DNA of 64,000 bases from Podarcis bocagei (Eukaryota), in assembly GCA_964188305.1 (NCBI GenBank), contig OZ076896.1; one strand, written 5' to 3'. The notes beneath the pieces are model-generated. The model ran no database searches. It was not told where the DNA came from and saw only the letters and a program-made list of their open reading frames with translations. The position numbers and the translations under genes were made by a program. This document shows, in pieces, positions 51,352 through 63,522 of the stretch (its first letter is position 1; every line of letters starts with the position of its first letter).

Positions 51352-54300
51352 TATACCTAAATTATTAAATTTTATTCTCATTTAAGATTTGATGCATCAT
51401 ATTTGCTAGCAGATTGTTGTGAGAGTACCTGGACGTAGTCAGTTTTGGTAGCACAGAGACTTCAAATGCTGCTGGTTGTGATCTGAGTGTAAGGGGACTG
51501 GGATGTTTTTAGAAGCGCACCCCTTTTCTAATCATGGGGCATTTTTCTATCTTAGGCCACATAGCATGTTGCTACTCTTTCCCCCCCCCCCCAAAAAAAA
51601 AAATCTGTGGTCACATATTTCCATGTCTTCACATTTCTCTTTTCAGCCTTCACATTATCCTGTGTGCTGCTGCTTCAGCATTGTGACAGTGGAAGAACAT
51701 CTTTAAATGATTTTTTCCAACATTCATGCACTATAATAATACATGCAGGTTGTAGTGTGTTTTTATGCACAGCATTTGGATTTTAGGCCAAAGTTCTGTT
51801 TATTTTTAACAGAGTATGCTAAACATTGGCCCATCATTTAAGACAGTGTTGGTAACCCGAGCAAGAATTAACAGTGCAATCTTCTACATGACAATTTGGG
51901 GGGAAGTCCTATTGTGCTTAATGGGCCTTGCATTCCTTCCCATGACTACCAGTCTGGGTAGGCCAGTTGTGCCAAAGGCACTTAAGTAGGTTGTCACCAC
52001 TCCTGCTTGGGCTCCCTCTACCCCCAGATGGGAGCATTTTTATGAATCTGAGGCAAATACTTAGGAGGGGAGGCTGAAAGCACCCAGCCTACCTGGCTGT
52101 CCCCTGAGCCCAATGTAGCTTGTTTTTACTCTGTCACCCCCCCCATAGCATGAACCAAATCATTTTAGGCATTGGGGGGGGGATGTCAACTGAGGGAACA
52201 TACCCAAGACTGCAACAGCCTAGTTTATGATGAAAAAGACGGAACAAACAAGAGGAGGCCAAATGTTGCTTCAAGAAAATGCAAAGAACCTATACTGTTG
52301 CATCTGCTTACAAAAACTTGTGGTCTCATGTTGCAGAATAGATGGTCAGCTGAGGGACTTTGGAGGACAAAGGACAGTTGGGCAGTGATCATTGAAATTA
52401 TTTCTGATCCAGGTGGGGAGACTGAAACCTTTCGGAGGTTAGGTGATGGACTATCAAGGTGTTAACTACTGCATCTTCCTGCGAAATGGAGACTATTCTG
52501 TGCTTTGTATATTCTAGAGGAGATGTTCTCTGGTATACTCTGGGTTCACCTCCAGGTAAGGGTACAGGACTGTAGCCTAAGTTTTAAGTACGCTGTTTCC
52601 AGATTCCAGTAGAATGAGAACAAGATTTTCAAGGTGATAAACATTTTTTAACTGCTGGAGAAATTTCTCGTTAACCAGACCTCATCTGTTTTAAGTAATC
52701 CTACCTGAGTAAAACTTTGACTTGACTTACTTGCCAGTTTAATAAGTCAATTTCAGACATAATGGCTGCTGTTCAGGAAACAAAGGCTGGACATCTGATA
52801 ATATTACAGTGCTATTATGTACTGCTTGATAAGAGGCACTATGGTGCAAGTCTTATCAGGGTCATGTTCTGTGATGCAAAAGCTTTACCTGTTGGAGGGA
52901 AAGGCATTTTGCATACATTCAGGTGTATTACTGCACACATTCCAGGACTGAGCTCTTGGTACTCGTGACTCAGCTTAAGATTTATGATTTCTGTTATTCT
53001 TCCTAGTGCTACTTAGGATCAGATTGTTATCCAACACAAATGTCTCCTCCCAACAAATCCTGAACCACTGTTTGTACTGCCAGCAGAGACAGGCAGTATC
53101 ATGTTTGATAATACCATTTAATAAACTACATGAAACACCCAGCTTTCCCTTAATATATTGGGCATCATGAAATCACTCAAGGGACCAAATTATTTAAAAC
53201 TTCTGTTATATGTCTTCTTTTTTCCCATGATTGTTCTTACTTTATAAGTATTTCTTCCTGTTCCCATAACTTCCTAATTGGCTCTTTCTTGGTTGGTTTC
53301 TTTTTTAACTCTTCCAACGTCTGGCATACAAATTCCCTGCTAGAGTTAAGTATATAAAGCAGGCGTGGAAAACCTTTGTTCCCCCAAATGTTGTTGAACT
53401 ACAATTCCCATCATCTGGCCATCAATGAGAGACATTGTTATAGATGGCATAAGGTTGGGGAAAAAGAGAAGTAGGGAGAGAGAAAGTGAGAGAAGGTTGT
53501 GGTAGCAAACATTCGTTCTTTTGCATAAATTGATAATTTGTTTTACAAAGGCTCTTTGCCAACAGGGTGACATTCAGTCTTTGTATTTCTAATTAAAAGT
53601 GAAAACATCTTACACATCCTATCCACTCCCAAACAGCTGAAAGTCTCTCAAACAACCTTCTAAACAGCTGGGGCAATTAATTCAAAATTAATCAGCTGCT
53701 GAGCTATTAATTGGGACCAGGTGTTACAAACACATCTCACCTGGGCTAGAAGACTTCTGTTTCAAAGCAGAATTGATTTACTTACCATTAACCCCCTAGA
53801 TTAGGGATGGAGAAACTTTGACCTTTGAGGTATTGTTGAACTACAGCTTTCCATAATTATTGGCCATACTAGCTGGAAGCCCAGCTGATGGCAGTTGCAG
53901 CCCAAGAATCTTACAACCTGAGTAGTTGAATGAGCACCTGCAATTATCAACCTGTCAACACACAGCATTAAAATCTTAAAGAGGCCCCCTTCTGAGTGCT
54001 TTACATAATTTTTTCAACTGGCACTTTACAGCAGCGGGGGTGGGTGTGTGCGCGCGCACGGGGTGGGGGGTGGGGACGGGACATTATTTCCTCAGTTTTA
54101 TTATTGTAAAGTGTTCATTAGTTATTGCAAACAACCCTGGAAATACTTGTATGGAAGAGCAGTATAGATATCATTAAACAGGAATGTAGTAGTTGTTGTT
54201 GTGTGTGTTTGTTTGTGTGTGTGGTTTTGTTCTTATTGCTTTGATTTGCATCCTTATTGCACCCTTATTGCACCATAAGGCTATTCTACCTCCCCTGCTG

Positions 54301-54384
54301 GTGTTCACAAGTGGCGAGAATGCTTTTGCACTCACAATGTGTTTGTGGGCTTCCCATAGATGTTGGTTGGCCAGCCTGAAAAGG

Positions 54385-54695
54385 GAGAGTTACAAGGGAC
54401 CACAAGGGTCATCTAGTACAACCCCCTGCGATGCAGGAATCTCAACTAAAGTTTGCTCCATCCTCTCTATGTGACAGCCCTTCAGATATTTGAAGATGGC
54501 CATTATATCTCTTCTCAGTCTCCTCTTTTCCAAGCTAAACATGCCCAGCTCCTTCAAACATTCCTCCTAAGGCTTGGCTTCCAGACTCTCGATCATTTTG
54601 GCTGCCTTCCTCTGCACACGCCCCACCTTGTCAATATCCTTCATCATTCGTAGCGCCCAGAACTGGTCACAGCACTCCAGTGTGGTTTGCCCAAG
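54385..54695 (-). mobile_element. CR1 LINE 3' fragment
   Basis: Minus-strand translation QFWALR..KDIDKVGRVQRKAAKMI resembles the CR1 ORF2 C-terminus. Confidence 0.78.
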
Positions 54696-54929
54696 GCAGA
54701 AGGATACTAACATTTCCCATAACAATTTAAAACAAACACTTTGCATCTGATTTTGGTTTTGGGTTCCTGGAAATTTTATAGTCGCACACAACTTTACAAA
54801 CCGTGCAACTTAAATTTGCATTATGATAAACTAGATTTGCGTGCGGCGGCACTACAGTTAATACAGCTCAGATTTCCAGGCGGTGGGGGGGAGGGGGACA
54901 AGGAAATCACCTCTCCTTTTAAGCCGTTC

Positions 54930-55620
54930 CGTCAGTCATTTGCTGATTGGGTAACGTATCTGTCGTTCAGCCCTCGGATTTTTTTATTTATCTAATAAAT
55001 ATTGTGATTGGTCTCATGACACTTTTCCCCACCCCTTTTTTTATGTGAACGACCATTCCCTGCAAAGCGAGCGAGAAAGGGCGGGGCGAATAGGCGGGAC
55101 CTATTCCTGAGATCGACCTCCTGCCGGCCCAATGGCGGCGCGGATGGCTGGGCGGAGCTCGTGCATTAATAGGGCGGGGGGAGAGGCTCACGTGCGCCGC
55201 CGCCGGGACTGTGGGCTCTTGCCGCTCGCTGCGATGGGAGGGATTAACTACGTGAGGCGAAGCAGGGCGGCGCTGGAGGACGACGACGACGCCGCGGAGT
55301 CCTCCTGGGAGGAGCTGCCGACGCCGCCCTCGCCCGCCGGCACCGGCCGGAGCCCTGGCTGCGCCGCCGCTGCCGGGAGTTCGCGGGGGCCAGACATGCT
55401 GGGCGCGGGGGGCGGCGCGGGGGCCAGGCCGGCCAAGCCCTCCTTCGTCTCCTATATCAGCCCGGAGGTAGGTCGGGCACTGAGGGGACCAGGCGAGGCG
55501 GTTGGTCTGAGAGGAAGGGAGGGCGCGCGGGTGGGGCTGGCTGGCTGGCGGCGCGCGGGACGAGGAGGGAGTGAGGAGGAGAAGGCGGCGAGGTGGGCCG
55601 GCGTGGGAATGGGGTCCTCC
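54930..55620 (+). promoter_or_regulatory. MTMR12: MTMR12 CpG-island promoter
   Basis: CpG-rich; inverted CCAAT boxes (ATTGG near 54946 and 55007), CCAAT at about 55129, several GC boxes. Confidence 0.85.
55396..55467 (+). CDS. MTMR12: MTMR12 exon 1 conserved coding part: MLGAGGGAGARPAKPSFVSYISPE (possible in-frame extension from ATG 55234)
   Basis: Resembles the recalled MTMR12 N-terminus MLG...KPSFVSY..PE; GAG|gtaggt donor; synteny with ZFR. Remaining exons are apparently outside the window. Confidence 0.9.
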
Positions 55621-56051
55621 AGGGCTATTTACAAATATATATAGAAGACCCGAGATGGAGAAACAAACGCCGGTCTAAGCTTTTGTGGAATAAATAAGGA
55701 CGTCTATTAAAAATAATAATAACGGAAAATAAGGATTGAAAAAGTATTAATAGCGTTATTAAAAGTGCGCTTTGTCAGGAGCAGACACTCTCAAGGTGTG
55801 TGCATGTGTGTGTATATATATATATATTTGTAAATATCTCTGGAGGACCCCATTCCCACGCCGGCCCACCTCGCCCCCTATATATATATATATATATATA
55901 TACATATATACACACACACCCTGACAAAGTGCACTTTTAATAACACTATTAATATTTTTTAAATGCTTATCTTCCGTTATTACTATTTTTAATAGACCTC
56001 CTTATTTATTCCACAAAAACTTAGACTGGCGTTTTTCTCAGTCTTGGGTCT
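55587..56051. repeat. Crossed inverted duplication A-B-a'-b' with (TA)n junctions
   Basis: 55587-55643 is the reverse complement of 55821-55875; 55646-55779 is an imperfect reverse complement of 55920-56051. Confidence 0.88.
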
Positions 56052-56193
56052 CGAAACCCATGACAGATTAATCTTCAGGTCTCTTAGAAGAGTTGCTTCT
56101 TTCAGGTGCTGCGAAGTTGGGTCGGTGGTCCCTGCTTTATTTGCAGAGTATGTGCCCCTCACAAGTGAAGTTTTTTTTATATAAAAAACAACC

Positions 56194-56320
56194 ATAGAAC
56201 TATAGCGTTGGAAGGGTTCCTCCCCCCCCCAGGGTCATCTAGTCCAACCCCCTGCAATGGAGAAGTAGGCATGTGGCCCATTTGGGGATTGAACCCGCGA
56301 CCTTGGCGTTATCAGCAGGA
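56194..56320 (-). mobile_element. tRNA/CR1-tail SINE (Squam/POM-type), 5'-truncated
   Basis: Similar to the 29053 element; GGGATTGAACCCGCGACCTTGGCGTTATCAGCA. Confidence 0.65.
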
Positions 56321-58381
56321 CGAGGCTTCCACAGAAGTCTAACCATGATAATAAACCTTGTGTTGGTGACGCCTCAAGACTTTTGCTTTTTAGGATAACA
56401 ATACATTGCTTTTTCCTGTTTGTAGGTTAGTGTACCTGCTGTGAAGTTCGGTCAGTGGTGTGCTTTCACTCTCACAATCCCTCCCCACTGTTTTGCGTTG
56501 AGGGGAGGAGGGTGGGGCAGTCACCAAGTGTGCAAGGAGGAGAATTTGTCAGCATGTGTGGTGCTTTGTACAGTGAAAGTCCCTGCCGCAGGAGCTTAAA
56601 AGCTTACTCGATGGGAAGGGGGGGGGGGGAGAAGGTAACAGCAGTGGGAGGAGGAGAAAATGGGAAGAGAATAAAAAGGATAAATTTAGTTTTTGATGAT
56701 GTTAAATTACTGGGGGTTTTGATATATATTTTTTAACTGCACAAAACTAAAAGCATTGAAACCATGAAATATTTTACATCTTGATAGTAGCTGGTCATAT
56801 CTATGCTCATGTTGGTGTGTTTCCAACAAAAACAAGTGTAGTCGTTGAATAATAATAATGGGTTTTAAAAAATACATTGGGTTGGTGAAGTGCCCCTGTT
56901 GAAGCTTCATATTTAACCATTAGCTTGATACCAGCTTTCCTACTGTGGTCGAAGTAAGGCCCTGCCTAACTATGTGTTTACTCAGTACCAAGCTCCCCTG
57001 AGCTCACTGGGACCTACTTCCAGGTAAGGCTGCTTAAAGGGTTGTAGCCTTACTGTCCAAATATTCTTTGTTGATACAGAGAGGCTAGTTTCTCCCTGTA
57101 ACTCTTCATTTTAAAATATGTCAGCCTTTATATACTTGGGATGAAATAAGGTCAATTTTAAGTTTGCATTTTCTGAATGCTGCCAAGGTATGTCAGAACA
57201 GTTTAACTTTGGTGAAGTGGTGTGACTCAAGCCTGCATGGGATAGTCTTGCATTTTGTTCCTTAAGGGATGTTTCCTGCTTTGCTCCCTCCAAGCTCCTT
57301 AAATCTGAGTTGGGTGCAGGCTAAAGTAGCATTGTGAGGAAAGGACTTCTATATGCGTGTAGTATATTGATTTGTAGTTACAGTAAAGCACCTGTTGCTG
57401 TGACAAAAGTAGGTGAGGAAGGAAGCCTTGTCTAGTGCAATGCACTCAGTGGGCTTTATATTTCCACTGTCAAGAGGAAGTCGGCCAGACTTTGCCATCA
57501 TTGTAAAAATAGCAATTTTCTATTTCCCATAAGAGTGAATAGCAGCCATTAATTACTATAAGGGGAATATATAGAAAAGGTGTGCACCTCTGATGGGAAT
57601 TAAACCTGCTCTCTGCCTGTGATGACCTCTGCCATTACAAATCAAATCTATCTGCAAAACTGCATTCTTGATTGTACTAAATATGATTGCATGTAGGACA
57701 AAAAACCTAATTAAAATTTTCTCTTCCGCCCTTCCCCTTTTAAACAGTAGCTTGGTCAGAGATGGGTGGTGCTATGTAGGTGTGGTTGGGATAGGATTTC
57801 TGAATATTCTCACCTCACATCACTAGGTGTAAGGCAGATGTAATTCTGTGGACTCCCTCTCAGAATTGCTTGGTTGCAATTAGGTTTGAAAGAAGCTTTG
57901 TAGGCATTTTTTCAAGCCTAATTGTGGCAAAGGGGGCTTTTTGTGGCGTAGAGAGGTGTGAAGAAAATAAGCTAACGCCTTAACCAGCTGTGCTCCTCCT
58001 GCCAAAAATGTCACCTATGCTACAGCTTGGCTTGAAAAAAAGCCTTCTGTTGGCTACAGTGCTCTTCCCCTGCTGCAATTAGGCTTTAAAATTCAAAATA
58101 AGTCCCAGTCCCGCCCCCATTCTTGAAGGGAGATGCTCTTCCTGTTGTTGCAATGTCCTTGAGGATTTTTCAGGTTCCCAAATGTGCTCACTACCCCCAA
58201 AAGCTGATATTTGGAAGTGTATGACAGAGCCAATGAAGAATGGTGTGAGAGTGGAGTGTTGAAAGCATTTCCTGCTTTTTAAAAAATGCCTGAGGAGCTT
58301 ATCATTAGGTAGACAGGTGTGCTGAGGGAGTTTAGTGAATTGAGGAGAGAAGGTTGTCTTTGGCAGGGAATTGTCTTTGGC

Positions 58382-58653
58382 AGAGGTGACGCGGGGCTGT
58401 AGAGGCTCCTGCCATAGCCGCGCGTCACCTCTCCAGCCGGGAGAGCGCGCGCGGGGCTAAAGCAGCCCCCCGCGACCCTCTCCCGGCTGGGGAGGTGACG
58501 TGCGGCTATAGAGGCTCCTGCCATAGCCGCGCGTCACCTCTCCAGCCGGGAGAGGGTTGCGGGGCTATGGCGTCTTCGCTCCATAGGACGCACACACATT
58601 TCCCCTTCATTTTTGAAGGGGAAAAAGTGCGTCCTATAGAGCGAAAAATACGG
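58382..58653 (+). mobile_element. Tc1/mariner-type MITE family C, one end missing, palindromic GC-rich interior
   Basis: Ends GTGCGTCCTATAGAGCGAAAAATACGG-TA, like 61794 and 62720. Confidence 0.8.
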
Positions 58654-60534
58654 TAACTTGCAACAAACTATTAACTACGTACGGAATCAAAGAGTAATAG
58701 GGGAATAGATGGTTTCAGATAACAGCTGCTGATGTAAGTGCACTGTAGGATTTTCCATCTCTTCTCAGACAGAGGCTGTATGTATTTTTGCTCAAAGGCT
58801 CATGGTATAGATTTATGTGTACAGCAATGTGTAGTAACTGCAAGCCTGTGACTTGTGCGTCTTCTAGATTACCTTTGTGAAGGGAGAATTGGGATTTTGT
58901 GCATATTGCTGCTTCCTGATTAGGCAGGTAGTGAGCCAACTGGTTTGACTGTGCATAGGAAAACATTTGCACTGAGAGAGTGTTAAGCGTGAGGTGGGTT
59001 TTAATAGGTAGGAAAGGTTATATTAATTGCAGTTTATCCCTCCAGGCCCCCATGTGTATGGGTTGAAGAGTTCTAAAAGTCCTATCCTTAGCAGCAAAAT
59101 TGAAGCATTTGGGTATTGGGCTGTAAAACCTTGTTTAGAGCAAGTCTAGTCATGAAGCTGGTTCTCCCTTTATTACCCCACTTAAAAAAGAATCGGACAG
59201 CAACTTATAAAGTAAGTGTAAGAATAAGATTTATAATCATGCAAAGGCAACAGTAAAAGCTATGCAGGCAAAATGCTTATATTTACAGTATAACCAGCCT
59301 CAGGCATATACCTAAAGCTGAGGCATGACTGCATCCAATGCTGGTCAAAGGAATAGAGAGAAGAGAGAGGAAATGCCCCTTCTCCACAGAGCCCTCCTTA
59401 CCATTGTATTTCTGTGGTCTGAGTATTTGCCTACAGCTCTGTGGTATTAGTTAGGTTTGGCTGATAATCTCCCACATTAAGCAGGTGCCAGTTAATCTTG
59501 TATTCCAAATTTAACAGCTAATGAATGACTTGTGACAGGTACCGGTATGTAAAGTTCCATATGGTGCTGTTGTGTACCAAGTGTGGTGAAGCTGAATAAT
59601 CGTCAGGAAAATATCCCTTGTTTCTTGCCAGAATACATTGAAAATTGCAGAGTTTAGAGTTATGGAAGATGTTGTAAGAAGCTACTTTTAAAAGAAATGG
59701 TGCCATGCTTCCAATTTGACGGGGGAAGAAAGCAGAAACAATGCTTTTACTTGCCAAAGTAATGAAAGCAGATACTTGAACTTGCCCTTCCGGCCAGTTC
59801 CATACTGGTTTTACTTGTTTATAGTTTCATTCTGCTTTGGCGTTAACTGAAGGACATTAAAAATGATTTGACTATCCCAAATAATTGTTATAAAAATACA
59901 ATTATCATTGTGCAGCGCTATTAAAATTTGGTGTTTGGGTTTGTTGGTTTAGTTATCTCCATGTTAATTTATACTGGAACAAAGACTAAATAGGAAACAA
60001 ATTTGGATAAAGTTTCCTAGTATCTAGTATATTGTATTTTTTTGGGGGGGGGGGTCAGGTCCTTCAGAGATAGCTTGCACAAAAGTATCATAAGCCTCAG
60101 ATGAGCTCAAAGTTATCCTGGGGGGAAAGTTCTATTTTCAGTTTTGTATGTACTGCAGGGAAAATTCCAAGGTTAAGTTGCATTCATTAAATGGGAGCAA
60201 GGTGGTGCTTGGGGAAAATCCCTGGGATAACTATGTTGTCAGACAACTCTTGTCAGGACACATTTTATGTTAGTTTCTAATGGAGTGTGAACTGTGGAGC
60301 ATTGCAAGCAATATGGCAGCTCCATTGACCTTGGGTACATTTTAAGATTATATGCTACTTCCATGAAGGCACATATGGTTTCTCCTGCTCTCATTTTATT
60401 TTCTCTACAATATCATTACAATTTTTTAGGCTTAGAGAGTGATCCTAGCCCAAGGTCACCCAGTGAGCTTCATGGTTGAGCAGACTACTCAACCCAGGGC
60501 TCCTTGTTCTAAGCCAAATACAGTGGTACCACCA

Positions 60535-60731
60535 TGTGGTGGGCTGGACTATATTTTTTGGAGGGAAATGAATGAATTCCTATGCCCCACAAATAATCCA
60601 GAGATGCATTTTAAATAAAAGCACACATTCTACTCATGTAAAAACACGCTGATTCCCAGACCGTCAACGGGCCAGATTGAGAAGGCAATTGGGCCGCATC
60701 TGGCCCACAGGCCTTAGGTTGCCTACCCCTG
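60535..60731. mobile_element. hAT MITE fragment
   Basis: Ends GGCCTTAGGTTTGCCTACCCCTG, complementary to a CAGGGGTAGGCAA-type TIR; other end not found. Confidence 0.6.
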
Positions 60732-61793
60732 GTCAAAACCAATGACATTACCAGGGATTACTGATAGCCAGGGTTACATATTCAAGATAGTTTCCATTAT
60801 TAGCTAAACACCTGGTTGGCATTACCCAAGTTAAATGGTGGGTGAAAGGATATGTTTCATCAGTTTTGCATTTCTGGTGTTTTATAATTCTAGTTGCAGA
60901 AAGACCTTATGATAAAAGTACAGTGTTTTTGAACTTACTGTTGCGTGTTGAATCTCAGCTACTTGTGAAGTAATGTCATTTCATCTATGAAAGCTAAACT
61001 AAGTGTAGGGAATTTCACATCCCCTGGAGTAGATACTATTAACTGTAAACACTCAACATTTTCCCACAATAAACAGTTCACTGCTATGCAAAGTTTAGTC
61101 TTTGCTGCATCTATATTTGGCTGATTTCCTGCTGCTTTGCAGCTTGGATTATGTCAAGGATTTTCTTTCTCTCTCTCTGGGTGTGGGTGTTTGCAGAGTA
61201 CCAAAATGTTTTAAAAACCAGCTAGAGCCTTCTTGCCAGGTAAAGAGAAGCTGATGATGCTGGACAATATTGACTTCAGCATGTATTGCCTGTCATGGCT
61301 TATCTTGCATTCTATTTATGATCTCTAAGGAGAATGTCTATATTTATGTAGACAAAGCAGTAGCACCTCCACCCAGGGAATTAATCATAGAAAACCAGGT
61401 TGGAGGGGCGTGGAAGTTAGTGCATGGAAAAGAAGGAAGAGACTCTAGCTATGAAGTATAAAGACAAAATCGGACTGCATAGGCCACTTCCTGCTTCATA
61501 CTGAAGCTATTTTAAAATGTTTCCGGGGCAGAGGTGAGAGCTGCCCATAAAAATAACGGAGAAATCCAAGATTTTAAAGCAGCTTTGGGATTTGTTATCC
61601 ACCCCAACCAAAATAACTGTGCAAGAGATAGCCACAAAGAGCTCTGTTCCTTCTCACTTTCTTAATTAGAATGAAACCCTTTAAATTAGAATCCTACTAC
61701 TGTAAATTTCAAAGCATGTAAAGTTTATTATATTACTGGTTTGAAGAAGCTTTGGATAGGAGAGAGTGCTTTACAACAGCCCTGCACTATATA

Positions 61794-62139
61794 CCGTATT
61801 TTTCGCTCTATAGGACGCACCGGACGATAAGACACACCTAGTTTGGGGGGGAGGAAACAAGAAGAAAAAAATTCTGAACCCCAGAAGCCAGAACAGCAAG
61901 AAGGATCTGGCTTCTCGGATAGCCTCTTGTTGTTCTGGCTTCGGGGACAGCCTTTGAAGTCTCTGCAGGGCAGCCACCCCCAAGCTAGAACAGCGAGACA
62001 GAGTGCTGTGCTGCGCTCCGTCTCCCTGTTCTGGCTTTGGGCTTAGCCGCACAGCCTGCAGTCGCTCCATAAGATGCACACACATTTCCCCTTACTTTTT
62101 AGAAGGGAAAATGTGTGTCCTATAGAGCGAAAAATACGG
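61794..62139 (+). mobile_element. Tc1/mariner-type MITE family C
   Basis: TIRs CCGTATTTTTCGCTCTATAGGAC / GTCCTATAGAGCGAAAAATACGG with TA flanks. Confidence 0.9.
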
Positions 62140-62719
62140 TAGTTAATACTGCAGCTCAGTCTGAGTGGTTTACAACAACCCTGCAGTATATTTTTGTAAG
62201 GATTGGTAAATGGTTAGCCTTTAAATCTGCAATACATTTATTTCTGCCCCTACTTGTAGTGTGTTTGGTACAGCCCAGAAGATGTGTAAATTGGATTTGC
62301 TAGCCACTTGTTAAATGCACTCGGAATAGCAGCTGTTTTCAGAAAAGGGAACTTGGAATCCAGATGTGTATTTATATATTTAAAGAATTTATGCACTTCC
62401 AAAAATGGATTAGTTATCTGATCATATATTCTGTTGCCTAATAGAATATGCATTCAAAGTTCTTGTCTTTTTGTTGGCTGTTTTTTAATCGGCTCCTGAC
62501 TATTGGGATGAATAACTCCACAATGTGCAAAGCTGACTTATGAACATCTAGAGACTGCACACTCGCTCTTTATGCAACTGCACATCTCAATATTGTGCAA
62601 CTTATTGTTTCAGCTGTCCAACTCTGAACCATTTCAGTCTTAGCAACCTGCATCCTGTTTTTCTTTGAAGCTTTTACCAATGCACCTTTTAGTTAAGGGA
62701 TCAAGAATATTAAGATTTA

Positions 62720-63278
62720 CTGTATTTTTCGCCCTATAGGACGCACTTTTTCCCCTCCAAAAATGAAGGGGAAATCTGTGTGCGTCCTATGGGGCGAATA
62801 CAGGCTTTCGCTGAAGCTTGGAGAGCGAGAGGGGTTGGTGCGCACCAACCCCTCTCGCTCCCCAGGCTTCAGGAAGCTATCAGCAAGCCTGGGGAGCCCG
62901 CGGGAGTTCCCGCAGGGCTCCCCACGCTGCGGATAGCAGCCTGCTGCACGGGGCGCGCTGAAGCAGAGCGCCCCGTGCTTCGGGCAGACATCGGCCAGCC
63001 CCACAAGCCTGGGGGACAGCAGGGAGGCGCAGCGCCGCCATACCGCTGTTCCCCAACCTGGTTTGGAGGCTGGCGCTTTGGAGAAGCGTGCTTCTCCCCA
63101 GCGCCAGCCCCACAAGCTCGGGGGACAGCGGGGAGGCGCAGCGCCGCCATACCGCTGTTCCCCGACCTGGTTTGGTTTCCCCGGCCTGGTTTTTTTTGGG
63201 GGGGGAATAAAGGAAAACATTTTTTCCTTTATTTCCCCCCCATAAAACTAGGTGCGTCCTATGGGACGAAAAATACGG
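62720..63278 (-). mobile_element. Tc1/mariner-type MITE family C (opposite orientation), hairpin-rich interior
   Basis: CTGTATTTTTCGCCCTATAGGACGCAC / GTGCGTCCTATGGGACGAAAAATACGG termini. Confidence 0.88.
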
Positions 63279-63522
63279 TGTTTTCAAATGACGTGTTTAA
63301 TTTTCATGCTACCTTTCATGCCTAAAGAGTGTCTAAAATATTTTTGCCCCGTTCTTGAGCTTAGGCTGTTCAGTTATATGACTCAAGTTCTTGCCTCTAC
63401 TCTTACTAGCTTATATACAGTATATGCTTTAACATGACATGCGTAAATTGACACTAGTAAACTTCTAGCTATACTTTTCTGGTACAGCTACAGCTCTTCA
63501 AACATGAAATAATACTCTAGCT

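Noticed and set aside
55132-55233. Further upstream in-frame ATGs for MTMR12 (55132, 55144)
   Set aside because: They lie among CCAAT/YY1/GC-box promoter motifs, probably upstream of the TSS.
61197-61239. Possible MTMR12 exon 2 ending FLP-G|gtaaag
   Set aside because: In-frame TAA from the only good acceptor and no similarity to the expected exon; exon 2 is probably beyond the window.
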